Shown here: in pieces, positions 12,875-27,128 of the stretch
Position numbering within the stretch: the stretch's first letter is position 1
Layout: the number at the start of each line of letters is the position of its first letter
DNA from: Octopus sinensis
Taxonomy: Eukaryota
DNA length: 64,000 nt
NCBI RefSeq assembly: GCF_006345805.1
Contig: NC_043010.1
Location: forward strand, 23,374,001-23,438,000
Reading direction: 5' to 3'
Position numbers and translations under genes: made by a program
Notes under the pieces: model-generated
Database searches by the model: none
Told to the model about the DNA's origin: nothing
The model's input: the letters and a program-made list of their open reading frames with translations, nothing else

Positions 12875-13479
12875 AACAATAAACAAGATGAGGACAAATA
12901 TCCGTCAAATGTAAATAACGTAAATAATGTAATTAAGGTACATAATTCCTCATCACTTTAATATAGAACTGTAAGAACTTTTAAATATCAATCACATTGC
13001 TGAAGTTTGTAAACGAGATTTTTAGAAAGTTCTTGAAAATATTCTTTACCTCCACTCCAACAACGCGCTGTCTTCAACGGAGTTCCCCCAAATGGAACTG
13101 CCATCGAGTGCATGCCACCCGAGCTTTCTGAAGGAGAGCGTACAAACTTGTATGCTAGTTTCTTGATCGTATTAGTGTCAATGATCATATCCTATCTGAG
13201 CGAATGCAGTATACAGAAAAGACACTTGATACGAAAACGGTTCAAATGTCGTACGAGGTGATATCAAAACGTTCCAAAACATACAGCTAAATAAGAATAC
13301 TGCCAGAATTGAACGGTAAACTTTTAGCTTTGTGATAAGGCTGATTCTCCTGAGCTCGCACAGGTTTCAGCAGTTTACAGAAGGTTAAGGTGTCTTTGGT
13401 GATCGTGGTGTCGTGTTCTTCGATACTGACAGCGGCAGAAGGTGAAACCGACCAACTTTCCATAGTTCGGTTCTTTCTG

Positions 13480-14290
13480 TTCAATGTGATCTTGCAGAGC
13501 AAGAACGCAAGACTGACAATAGGTTTAGGGCTTCCATACTCAAAAACAAGTCAATCTCGGCCAATTTCTCCCCAGTCCAGGATAACAGAGTTAGTTAGAC
13601 GATAGCAGAACAGTTTAGTATCAAAGAATAGTAGACCTCGCTTAAAGATAATGTCTGCAGAACTGTGCAAAAGCACACTGGGCCGGCTACTCGAAAGTAG
13701 CAGGGCTCGTTTGAAGAAATTGACGAGAAAATCCAAAGTCTACTTGGAACTAAGTTTCAGTGACTTCGATTCCACACGAGTAATCTGTCATCAGATTCGC
13801 CGTATAGAGTAAGGAAAGATCGATGAGAGGCAAGGCTTCCGGGCACCGTGAACAAGTAAGCGAGATGCAATAATACGCGCAGAGATAGTATATGAAAGAA
13901 TTCTATGAAGACCTTCGGATTGTGTTTAATGCTAAGTGGCAATGGTCAAATATTGCTCATAAAAATTTCCGCTTAAAAGAAAACTCTGAGTTGTACAGGG
14001 CTTCTAGGACATTAACCATACAAAATCTAAACGATCTCTTCAAGTGTATGAGGAACAATAAAAAGACACACCAGGGTCTCTCCTTTGTCTTTACATCCAC
14101 GGTTACATGAGGAGCATTCAATGTTCGCATTCGCTCTTTCAATTGCTGCAATATCCAAAATGTATGAAACAACTAGCAATCCGAAAAACTAATTACCACC
14201 AAATCGTACATGTCTATTTTGGACGGAAAGGGAAATCAATCATCTGAAAAGCGCATGGTGAGAAACTCTGTATAATCAACGCTTGGAAAC
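13480..14290 (+). mobile_element. highly degraded LINE-like remnant
   Basis: fragmented coding-like sequence (MKEFYEDLRIVFNAKWQW...) loosely resembling an L1/Tx1 ORF2 C-terminus; no catalytic motif readable. Confidence 0.3.
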
Positions 14291-14429
14291 GTTCAATTTT
14301 AGACGTATTAAATATATGTAAATCTCTGATATAAATAGTGAAAAAAAATTTGCTATTTCAGTATTTTATATTGCAATCAGTTAATGTGTTTTTACAGATA
14401 TTCAAGAATACATGCAAATACATGCTGGC

Positions 14430-15250
<821 letters not shown>

Positions 15251-15438
15251 ACATATACGTTAAAAGAACGTTTAACATCGTTTACACTCTAATTCTCGTT
15301 TAGGGTCACCCAAGCAGAAATTTACTCAGACGTGGAAGCAGTGGAGCATGGTTTTACTCAGATAAAGAACCGTTCAACCATTCAAGCATGGTGGCATGTA
15401 AGAAGACAGTCTTTGAAACATGCAAATTCTCTTTTTTC

Positions 15439-15497
<59 letters not shown>

Positions 15498-15819
15498 CGT
15501 TTGTTTGTGTGTGTGTGTGTGGGGGGGTGTTTTTGCGTATGTTTTCCACAGAAAGACAACTAAATTGAGGAAGGGAAGATTAGATTTCATTCGAAAATAG
15601 ACTAACGGTATGAAGTGAAAATTAGACCATGCCTCCCCAAATACACAATGTTTCGTGCATACACACGTCTTAGAGTTGTTTCATACACACTGCCACACGA
15701 AAACACATTCAGACTTACGCCTGCACAGACACCACTCGTATGCACATTCACTTATCTCTATACATACATAGAGATGCATTCTGATGATGTACACGCTTAC
15801 ATGAACAAAATGGAGGATT

Positions 15820-16339
15820 CCCACACATACATGCACATATACATACATGCTTGCATGCATACATACATACTTACATACATACATGCATACATACATGCAT
15901 ACACACATACATACATACACACACACATACATACATACACACACACACACATACATACATACATACATAAATACATACATACATACATACATATATGCAT
16001 TTGCGTGCGTGTTTGTGTGTGTGTAGATAGATATGCTGAATTTACACTTACTATCTTCCCTTCATTTTTGCCTCTCTCACCTCTCTTTCCTTTCTCTCTG
16101 TCTGCATATATGCATAAATATGTACGTAAATGCATGCACATATACATACATATATGAATATATATATATATATATGTATACACACACATATATAAATGCA
16201 TACACACACATATACATATATATATATAAATGCATACATATATACATACATATATATACATATGTATATGAATATATGTGTATATGTATATATGTATACA
16301 TATATATATATGTATATTTACATATATGTGTGTGTACAA

Positions 16340-16428
<89 letters not shown>

Positions 16429-16430
16429 AT
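15820..16430. repeat. compound (CATA)/(TA)/(TG) microsatellite
   Basis: direct sequence. Confidence 0.95.
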
Positions 16431-16867
16431 ATATGCATATTCTCATGTTGTCATTCTCTTTATCTCTCCCCGATTTGCTCCATTATCTTCACATCCAGGT
16501 TTCCCTTGCTATCTGACTTCTTTGATCGTTTTCCTTCGCTCTTGAAATCTCAGTCTCTCTCTTCCTGACTACCTTTGCTTTTCCTTTCCTTCTGCAATTG
16601 CATCATTCATAAATATGTGCGCGCGCGTGTGTGTGTGACAGAGAGAGCAGTCGTGTCTGTGTGTGTCTATGAAAGAGAGACACAGCGTATGTCTGTGTGT
16701 GTTATCTTCTATTTTTTTTCAATTATTTGAATTTTTTGAACAATGGAAGAACTGGTTTAAAACAAAGAATTCCAAGTCTGGAACTTAAAAGATAACAAAT
16801 ACTGAAGGACTACATGTTGAACTTTAAGAAAGTCTTATATATATATATATTATATATATATATATAT

Positions 16868-16900
<33 letters not shown>

Positions 16901-17019
16901 GTATGTATGTAAGTATATATTTCTGTTCCACTTAGATTGTATCGGCAAAGTACATGTTACCGAGTTACTTGGAATTAAAAGACCCACTTTACAGAGATTA
17001 AGAAATTGTTATCGTACCT

Positions 17020-17676
17020 AAAGACTGATATGGTTTCAGTTTTGATGCAAGGCGAGCAGTTTTGAGGGAAGGGGTTTCATAGATCTTATCGATCACAATG
17101 CTTGATACGCACTTGATTTTATCGACACCGAAAGGATGAAGGCAAAGTTGACCTCAGCGGAATTTGAACTCAGAGCGTAAAGGTATTTTGTCGCGTCTTT
17201 ACGTTCTGAGTGCTTATGAACCTCCCACCTTACCGCTTTCCATAATAATGGCCATGATCCTTCATACTGCAGGCAAAAGGTCTGACATTTGGCGGGGAAG
17301 GGGAGCTAGTCGATTACATCCACCCCAGAGGACAACTGGTACTTGATTTATTGACCCCGAAAGGATGTAAGGTAAAGACGACCTCGGAGGAATTTGCACT
17401 CAGAACGTAAACACAGACGAAATACCTAATTCTTTACTACCCACAAGGGACTAAACACAGAGAGGACAGACAAACGGATTAAGTCGATTATATCGACTCC
17501 AGTGCGTAACTGGTACATATTTAATCGACCCCCAAAGGATGAAAGGCAAAGTCGACCTCGGCGGAATTTGAACTCAGAATGTAGCGGCAGACAAAATACC
17601 TCTAAGCATTTCGCCCGGCGTGCTAATGATTCTGCCAACTCGTTGACTTAATAATAATAATAATAATGATAATCAC

Positions 17677-17712
<36 letters not shown>

Positions 17713-19050
17713 CCTTTCTACTGGAGGCACATGGTCTGAAATTTGTGAAACGGAGGATAGTCGATTACATCGACCCCAGTATTTCACTCATACTTAATTT
17801 ATCGATCCCGAAAAGATGAAAGGCAAAGTTGACCTCGGTGGAATTTGAACTCAAAATGTCGTGACGTGCGAAATACTGCTAGGCATTTAGCCAAGCGTGC
17901 TAACGACTCTGCCAGCTTGCCGACTTCATAGTATTAATAATAATACCCATAATCTTTTCTACCATAGGCACAAGATCTGGCATTTGGTGAGGAGAAGCTG
18001 GTGGATTACATCGACCTCAGTGCACAACTGGTATTTATTTCAACGGCCCCCTTTGTCTTTCAAAGATGAAAGACAAAGCCGACCTTGGAAGAATTTGAAC
18101 AAAAAATATGAAGTAATGGAAGAAATGGCGCTAAATATTTTCTATGGAGCGGAAATAAATTTGCCAAGTGTCTGCCTAAAAATAATGCGTTCACATTTTG
18201 GCACACGACTAGCGTTCAAATGGATGAAAAGATGAAGGGCAATGTCGACCTCGGTAGAGTTTGAACTCAGAACGTAAAGACGGATGAAATGCCGCTAATC
18301 ATTTTGTTGGATGAGGAAATGATTCTGCCAGCTCGACACCTCAGAATTATTTTAGTATTCCGGAATTCTGATAATTACTGCACTCAAATAATTATTGGCA
18401 TCAGGATATTGGAGTTTATTATTTAGGCAGAGTAAGATGGCGAGCTGGCAGAATCGTTAGCACGCTGGGCAAATCGCTTAGTGGAATTTTGCCCGGCGCT
18501 ACGTTCTGAGTTCAAATTCCACCGAGGTCGACTTTTCCCTTCATCTTTTCGGGGTCGATAAATTAAATACAAGAGAAACACTGGGGTCGATGTAATCTTC
18601 AAGCTCCTCCCCACAAATTTGAAACCTTGTGGCTATAACAGAAAAATTATTAGGGCGGCGAGCTGGCAAAATCGTTAGCACGCCGGGCGAAATGCTTAGT
18701 TGAATTTTGCCCGACGCTACGTTCTAAGTTCAAATTCCGCCGAAGTCTACCTTCCCTTTTATCTTTTCGGGGTCGATAAATTAATTTCCAGAGAAAGACA
18801 AATTTGAAACCTTGTGCCTGTAGTAGAAAAGATTATTAATGCTGCGAGTTGGCAGAATCGTTAACACGCTGGGCGAAATTCTCAGCGATATTTCGCCCGT
18901 CGCTACCTTCTGAATTGAAATTCCAACGAGGTTGACTTTGCATATCATCCTTTCGGGGTCGATAAATTAAGTATCAGTGAAACACTGGGGTCGATGTAAT
19001 CCGCTAGTCTTTTCTCCACAAATTTGAACCCTTGTGCCTCCAATTAGAAA
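17020..19050. mobile_element. dense SINE family B cluster: minus copies to ~18350, then three plus copies
   Basis: repeated family B body and GGCGAGCTGGCAGAATCGTTAGCACGC heads. Confidence 0.88.
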
Positions 19051-19229
19051 GGGTTATTTAGGCGAAGTGGAAACATGTTTCAATGTACTTGTCTGTAAAG
19101 TTTTATAGAAATCTGCCGAACATTTGACTTCTACAAGATTATTTTTTTCTTTTCTGACAAATAAAACGACCTCAGACAGGTCCTATTTGCACATCGTAGA
19201 TTTTTTGGTAAGAATGATCCGCCAGTATT

Positions 19230-19980
19230 TTTGTGGCCGTGTGGTAAGTAGCTTGCTTACGAACCACATGATTTCGTGGCAACTTGGGCATGTGTCTTCT
19301 ACTATAGCCTCGGACCGACCAAAGCCTAGTGAGTGGATTTGGTAGACGGAAACTGAAAGAAGCCCGTCGTATATATGTATATATATATGTGTGTGCGTGT
19401 GTGTATATGTTTGTGTGTCTGTGATTGTCCCCCCAACATCGCTTGACAACCGATGCTGGTGAGTTTACGACCCCGTAACTTAGCGGTTCGGCAAAAGAAT
19501 AAGTACTAGGCTTACAAAGAATAAGTCCTGGGGTCGATTTGCTCGACTAAAGGCGGTGCTCCAGCATGGCCCCAGTCATATGACCGAAACAAGTAAAAGA
19601 GTGTATTGATATACAAGGACGTAATATTTTCTGCGTTGCTGTGAGGCGACGACGTGTCAGTGTGGCATAGGTGTGGCTGTGTGATAAAAAAAAATTGCTT
19701 CTAGACCACGTGTTTCGGCTTGTGAGTAGACTAAGTCAACGGAAACTGAAAAAATGCCCGTCGCATACGTGTGTATATGTGCTTATGGGTGCGCGCGCGT
19801 CTTTGTGTCGGTGTTTGTCCTCGACCACCGCTTCACAACCGGTGCTGGTGTGCTTATGTCCAACTAATTTAGTGGCTCGGCAAAAGTAATCACCGGGCTC
19901 AAGTCGTTCGACAAAAATTCTTCAAGGCGGTTGCCCCAGCATGGGCGCAGTCTAATGACTGAAACGAGCAAAAGCAATGT
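19230..19980 (+). mobile_element. two SINE family A copies
   Basis: homology to 713-1090. Confidence 0.85.
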
Positions 19981-20251
19981 ACGCCTATATGAATGTATGC
20001 GTATATGTATGTATGTATGTATATGTATGTATGTGTGTGTGTGTGTGTGTGTTGACACGAATGTTTACAATTTCGTTGTGTATACATGTGTATGTAAGTG
20101 TGAGAGCATCTCTGGATTGATAGCATCCATTAGTAAATAATAGCTGAGTATGAAAGGAGATGTGGAGGTGGACCTCTGTACATAGCTTGAGAATACTATC
20201 CCTCTCCTTCTCTATTTCTTTCTCTCTCACCACACATACACACACATACAC

Positions 20252-20316
<65 letters not shown>

Positions 20317-20748
20317 ACTTGTATGTTGCATACGTATGTTCACATATAAAGAGAGAAATATTGCTTACAGAGAGTGAGGCTGGGAAAGGCAAACTCCATC
20401 CAATGAGGTGGATGCCAGCTTAGTGCTGTCTCTCTAAATGGCAGATGTACACAGTTGAAGACGGTCAGCGAAGAGAGGTCAACGTTTCACAGTGGAAATG
20501 ACAGTTTCGGTTTCACAGAGTTCGCCGATTTTCACATCACCGCAGTTCCACTTAAATATCAAACTCTGTAAAGTAGAAGGGGATTGCTTTTGACCTGGGG
20601 ACCATTTCACATGCTTTACTGCTGCTATTATTGTTGCTGCTGCTGATTGTAATGATAGTGAGAATGAAAGCAATTGTTAATATAAGCGTGATGAGGAAGC
20701 GAAAGGTGTGGGTGGAAGAGTTATATTAAATTTCATCCTATATTAATA

Positions 20749-20792
<44 letters not shown>

Positions 20793-21157
20793 TCATCAAA
20801 AAGTTGCTACATATTAAAATACCTTTAAAGGTTTAAATTATAAACAACTTAAAAACAAGGACAAAAGAAAAATTATTTCCATGCCAATATGATGATAACA
20901 AACTTTTATCAGTCGTCAAATTCTCCATATCATTATACACTTACTATAAATATAAATTGATTCAATATAGAAATAACGAACTTTTAACAAAAAATTCTGT
21001 TGGCTAGCTTCCCCGATTTCAGCACGACGTGTATTTATAGTGAGCGCATAATGATATGTAGAAATTGACGACTTAAAGTCTGTTACCAGCATATTGGCAT
21101 GGAAATAATTTTTCTTTTGCCCTTGTTTATAAGTTGTATATATATATATCTCCTAAT

Positions 21158-21435
21158 TTTTCATCCTTTCTGGTTTCTTCTCCTCTCCCTTTCACCGTTC
21201 CCTCTCTCTCTCTCTCTCTCTCACTCCTCCTCTTCCCTCTCGTCGCTGACCAGAGGGCTACTAACTCTCTTTCTGGACCTTTCCTCCCTGCCTGTCTGTC
21301 TTCCTCTCTACCTGTCTCTCTCCATCTCTTATTTTTCACCCTTTCTGGTTTCTTCTCCTCTCCCTTTCACCGTTCCCTCTCTCTCTCACTCCTCCTCCTC
21401 CCTCTCGTCGCTGACCAGAGGGCTACTAACTTTCT
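21158..21435. repeat. near-identical ~110-bp direct duplication in CT-rich sequence
   Basis: CTTTCTGGTTTCTTCTCCTCTCCCTTTCACCGTTCCC...CGTCGCTGACCAGAGGGCTACTAACT occurs twice. Confidence 0.85.
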
Positions 21436-21977
21436 TTCTGACTACTGCCTTCAACAAGTCAACAACGGCTTTTTCTGTCCTCGTAAGCCATTCTTCAGAA
21501 TGCGTTCAAATGAAATTTTCCACCGTCCAGGCTTAAAATAGCCCTTATTGTTGGTTTCTCCTTGTCCTGTCTTCTACTGTTTTTATCTTTATTTGTATTG
21601 TTTTTTTCTTTATTTGTATTGCTTTTACGTCCTGCTCTTGTCACCTTTTTTTTACCCCTCCGCAAATTTTTTTTATTTAACTTGATTTGCGGGAAGGAAT
21701 GTTTCAACGTAGTCGTGTTCTGCCCTTACCTTCGAAACACACAATGAGTCGAAACAGGGACAGCTGAAGAAGGGAATATTCCTTGAGTTGTACTCTATTT
21801 TTTCGTTGTTAAAAAAGTCCGTTTCCTTGTTTTGTTTTTATGTTTTCGTTTCTCGTTGTGTTCTACGTTTATTTGTGGTGTCCTGTACGCATATGTGCAT
21901 GTATATATACATATAGATGCAGGTATGTACATATATGTATGTATGTATGTATGCATATGTTTTATTTATTAAATTGT

Positions 21978-22019
<42 letters not shown>

Positions 22020-22039
22020 ACAATTTAATAAATAAAACA

Positions 22040-22365
22040 TATATATATACATATATCATGGCACTCCGTCGGTATCGACGACGAGGGTTCCAGTTGATCC
22101 GATTAATGGAACAGCCTGTTCGTGAAATTAACGTGCAAGTGGCTGAACACTCCACACACACGTGTAGTTCTCGGGAAGAAAGAGTGCGAGATTGTTGTGG
22201 TGAAAGAGTACAGCAGGGTTCACCACCACCACCCCTGCCGGAGCCTCGTGGAACTTTAGGTGTTTTCGCTCAAGAATAAAAACTCACAACACCCGTTCTC
22301 AGGATCGAAATCGCGATCCTACGACCGCGAGTCCGCTGCTCTAACCACTGGGCCATTGCGCCTTC
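22040..22365 (-). mobile_element. tRNA-derived SINE family C
   Basis: head GGCGCAATGGCCCAGTGGTTAGAGCAGCGGACTCGCGGTCGTAGGATCGCGATTTCGATCC; homologues at 49565 and 53085. Confidence 0.85.
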
Positions 22366-22394
22366 ACACACACACACATACATATATATATATA

Positions 22395-22705
22395 TCCTCT
22401 TTGTCCATGAATGATCATGAGATTGCACCTAGAATGTCCCCGTCCGAGGCACAAGTTCACAGTTTAGAAGACCAGCTGTCGCCGATGCATACCAGCCTCT
22501 TCTCTCCAACCCATCGATGTTACCGAAGGGAAAGGCAAAGGCTGACACAACTTGGCACCAGATACTTCGCAACTCATTTCTGCAGCTGAGTGAACTGGAC
22601 CAACCTGAAATAAAGTGTCTTGCTCAAGAACATAACACTCAGCCCTGACGGGGAATCGAGCTTGCGTGCTTATGCTTGTCAGCCTGATGCTCTAACCACT
22701 GAGCC
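22395..22705 (-). mobile_element. tRNA-derived SINE family D
   Basis: tRNA-like head, core TCTTGAGCAAGACACTTTATTTC; homologue at 49080-49380. Confidence 0.82.
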
Positions 22706-22999
22706 ATGTATATATACACATATGAGGCGGTGCAAAATAGGATAACAATGATAATTTTAACAAAGACATACTGCCAGAAGCTTGTAGGTGTATGGGAATA
22801 ATATGGGAATATATCGATCCAAATATGTGACTGGTATCTTATTTTATCGACCATGGAAGGATGAAAAGTAAATTTGATTTGGCGGGATTTGAACTCAGAA
22901 CTGAAAGATCCGAAACAATTTATGCAAGGTAATTCCGTCAATCTACAGCAGTCATTCAGAGTATAAATGTGAGTTTAGATTCATGTGGAGCGGAACCAC

Positions 23000-23640
23000 T
23001 AGATAAAGAGATTAATGCATACTCATTACTAACAACAACTGTGCTATGTTTAAATAGAAGACAGCTAACATAAGAACGCAAAGAGACGATGATTAAATAC
23101 TTCTTTACACCTTGTAAGAGAAGGATGTTCCAAAGAGGTTCCTTATATAGTTTATAGTTTTCCAGGCTCTACTTCCATTAGTAATTCTGCTGAATAAACT
23201 AGAAACTATCTCTTTGATATGGATAAATTAGAACATTTTCACAAAGTGTAATAGCCAATTGGAAAACTGCTACAAATAATAAGCTACTACAGAATAAGAA
23301 CAGTAGAAAAAGAAATTACTTAGAAACAACCGAACAAAAATTATTTGTATATCAAGAAAACATGAAGAAACGGAAAAAATCATTTGTCAGCAGACAAGGC
23401 GACGATAAATTATAAGGTGACGATAAATTATGAAGAAAGTATTTAAGACAAAGATAAAAATTAGATCCAAAGAAAACAAATGTTGGCAAACTCAAAACTG
23501 AATTCGAAGAATACAAGAGAAAACAATTGGAAGAAAAACAACCTTAATACTCTAAGTGACTCAGGAGAATGAGTGAGGACTAAGTCTAAGACTTCTTGGT
23601 TAAAATTAAATACAGACGGTGTGAATTTATCAGCGAAGCC
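23000..23640 (+). mobile_element. degraded RT-like LINE remnant
   Basis: RRMFQRGSL... resembling the RGIFQGD motif; heavily mutated. Confidence 0.35.
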
Positions 23641-24120
23641 ATGACCTAGCCGCAAATAATTGCAAAATGATATATATACCAGACATATATGTGTTTGTTT
23701 TGCAAGATATGCAATGGGAAACCGTATGCTGAAAGAGATATTGTTATATTTGGGGACGGTCATTTCGCCAATAAGCACACGCACTGTTTATTTGTTCATC
23801 ACTTTAACTTTATTATTATTATTATTAGTTTATATGTGGAAGTCCTAACGTCACACATAATGTAACCGCTTCAATGACTGTCCTTCCTGTATCCTACTCT
23901 ATGTGGCCTTCTCCTGTCTATTCCACCTTGCCATTCTGTTTCATACCAAGGAAGAAATTGGGGCAAGTTCGAAATCACAAAATGTCATTCAGTAATACTA
24001 AAGCTAAGGATTTTTTTCTTTATCATTGTTATGAAATAACTAAGGATAACAGTAATGATAGTGAAAGCGAATGAAAATGAGGATGATCATTGTTGACATT
24101 GTGATATAGTGACGCCTATC

Positions 24121-24191
<71 letters not shown>

Positions 24192-24194
<3 letters not shown>

Positions 24195-24759
24195 AAGAAG
24201 TATCCAAATAGTGGCCCTCATACTTTTTGATCTTAACTGATTGAAAGTGTTTTCATGTACATTGTTTTGTCTTTGCATAAAAGATGGGCTACAGCAAATA
24301 TTCTGCTCAATACCACAGTTTTGCTTGTCAGTTGTTTGACCTTAACCAGTTGACCATGTCCCTTAGTAGCTGACGATATGTGCGTCTCTGATCATGAGCA
24401 GAAGTAGTGGGGTAGCATCATAGCCGTGTGTTGATAGGAATTCTTGGAGGTTTGGATAATTCACCTCTGGAAACAAGGGTGTTTTATTCAACATCCTTAA
24501 ACAGCCCTTATTCAGGGACCTTTTGAGCGGGATGGGTTACTGAACCAGAAGGAAATTCTAACTGGGCCCCACCTGCAAGGGCATGTGCTGTTTGCCTTGA
24601 TATGAGATCACCATGTCGCGCATACATGGCTGTGATGCGTGTGCCTGGTGTACCCTTATCAGACGGGTAGGCATGATGAGTATACTGGGCTTCGTATATT
24701 TTACCCCAGTGTCACTCTGATGGCATGAACTGCTCTCTCACTCAATAATAATAATAATA

Positions 24760-24799
<40 letters not shown>

Positions 24800-24816
24800 T
24801 AATAATAATAATAATA

Positions 24817-24862
<46 letters not shown>

Positions 24863-25427
24863 AAGAAGTATCCAAATAGTGGCCCTCATACTTTTTGATC
24901 TTAACTGATTGAAAGTGTTTTCATGTACATTGTTTTGTCTTTGCATAAAAGATGGGCTACAGCAAATATTCTGCTCAATACCACAGTTTTGCTTGTCAGT
25001 TGTTTGACCTTAACCAGTTGACCATGTCCCTTAGTAGCTGACGATATGTGCGTCTCTGATCATGAGCAGAAGTAGTGGGGTAGCATCATAGCCGTGTGTT
25101 GATAGGAATTCTTGGAGGTTTGGATAATTCACCTCTGGAAACAAGGGTGTTTTATTCAACATCCTTAAACAGCCCTTATTCAGGGACCTTTTGAGCGGGA
25201 TGGGTTACTGAACCAGAAGGAAATTCTAACTGGGCCCCACCTGCAAGGGCATGTGCTGTTTGCCTTGATATGAGATCACCATGTCGCGCATACATGGCTG
25301 TGATGCGTGTGCCTGGTGTACCCTTATCAGACGGGTAGGCATGATGAGTATACTGGGCTTCGTATATTTTACCCCAGTGTCACTCTGATGGCATGAACTG
25401 CTCTCTCACTCAATAATAATAATAATA

Positions 25428-25467
<40 letters not shown>

Positions 25468-25484
25468 TAATAATAATAATAATA

Positions 25485-25530
<46 letters not shown>

Positions 25531-26079
25531 AAGAAGTATCCAAATAGTGGCCCTCATACTTTTTGATCTTAACTGATTGAAAGTGTTTTCATGTACATTG
25601 TTTTGTCTTTGCATAAAAGATGGGCTACAGCAAATATTCTGCTCAATACCACAGTTTTGCTTGTCAGTTGTTTGACCTTAACCAGTTGACCATGTCCCTT
25701 AGTAGCTGACGATATGTGCGTCTCTGATCATGAGCAGAAGTAGTGGGGTAGCATCATAGCCGTGTGTTGATAGGAATTCTTGGAGGTTTGGATAATTCAC
25801 CTCTGGAAACAAGGGTGTTTTATTCAACATCCTTAAACAGCCCTTATTCAGGGACCTTTTGAGCGGGATGGGTTACTGAACCAGAAGGAAATTCTAACTG
25901 GGCCCCACCTGCAAGGGCATGTGCTGTTTGCCTTGATATGAGATCACCATGTCGCGCATACATGGCTGTGATGCGTGTGCCTGGTGTACCCTTATCAGAC
26001 GGGTAGGCATGATGAGTATACTGGGCTTCGTATATTTTACCCCAGTGTCACTCTGATGGCATGAACTGCTCTCTCACTC
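24192..26079 (+). repeat. three tandem copies of a 552-bp element separated by (AAT)n, period 668 bp
   Basis: copies at 24192-24743, 24860-25411 and 25528-26079; spacers share the same interruptions. Confidence 0.95.
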
Positions 26080-26095
26080 AATAATAATAATAATG

Positions 26096-26159
<64 letters not shown>

Positions 26160-27035
26160 CCTTTTTACTAAATGCACAATGACTGAAATTTGGGGGTTGG
26201 GGACTAGTCGATTACTTCGACCCCAGTGTTTCACTCGTACTTAATCTATCGAACCCTGAAGGATGTAGCTAGCGGTATTTCGTGCGTGTTTATAGTTTGA
26301 GAAATCCATCGAGGTCTATTTAGCATTTCATTTATTCAGGGTCGATAAAATAATTACCAGTTACGCACTTGGGTCGATGTGATCGACAAGCTCCTCCCCA
26401 CAGAATTTCTGGCCTTGTGCCCACTGTAGATAGAATAATGGTGCAATCGTTAATGCACCAAGCAAAATGCTTCGAGGTATTTCATCTGTCTTTCGTTCTG
26501 AGTTCAAATTCTGCTGAGATTGACTTTCATTTACATCCTTTGGAATTAATAGCGTAAGTACCAGTCGAATACTGCGGTTAATATATATTTGATTAGCCCC
26601 TTTCGTCAAAATTTCAGGACCTGTACCAATAGCAGAAAGAACTATCATTAGTATGACACCGATGATAAGTCGACAAGCTGGCAGAATCGTTAGCACGCCG
26701 GCCGAAATACTTCTCACATAGCGGAGATATAAACGGAACCCTTCCCTCCTTTAATTTCCTTTTTTGTTTCGTTTTTTTTTTACGGAATCCCACGTTTTAG
26801 TCTATGGAGATGCTGATTCTGAAGAAAAAGATTTTCAAAAATTGCAACTTCAAAATTTCAAGCAGTATTTCGTCTGCCGATTACGTGATGAGTTCAAATT
26901 CCGTCGAAATCAACCTTGCGTTTCATCCCCTTTCGGGGTCGATAAATTAAATACCGGTGAAACACTGGGGTCGATGTGATCGACTAGGCCCCTTACCACA
27001 AAATTTCAGGCCTTGTGCTTCCAGTAGAAAGGATA

Positions 27036-27040
<5 letters not shown>
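26160..27040. mobile_element. SINE family B fragments
   Basis: family B body and tail motifs. Confidence 0.75.

Positions 27041-27123
<83 letters not shown>

Positions 27124-27128
<5 letters not shown>

Larger units (their letters stand above)
12290..12975. mobile_element. tRNA-headed, HHR-bearing SINE-like element (+, 12605-12975) with an inverted copy of its 3' part (-, 12290-12465)
   Basis: arms 12300-12440 and 12778-12925 are reverse complements; both carry CTGA(T/C)GA-A-GGCTG...CAGCC-GAAAC. Confidence 0.8.

Noticed and set aside
21715-21790. CCTTCGAAAC...GTC...CTGAAGAAGG as a permuted hammerhead
   Set aside because: Stems I and III do not pair convincingly.
24192-26079. Repeat-spacer periodicity as a CRISPR-like array
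   Set aside because: Eukaryotic context, units are identical with microsatellite spacers, and there are no cas genes.
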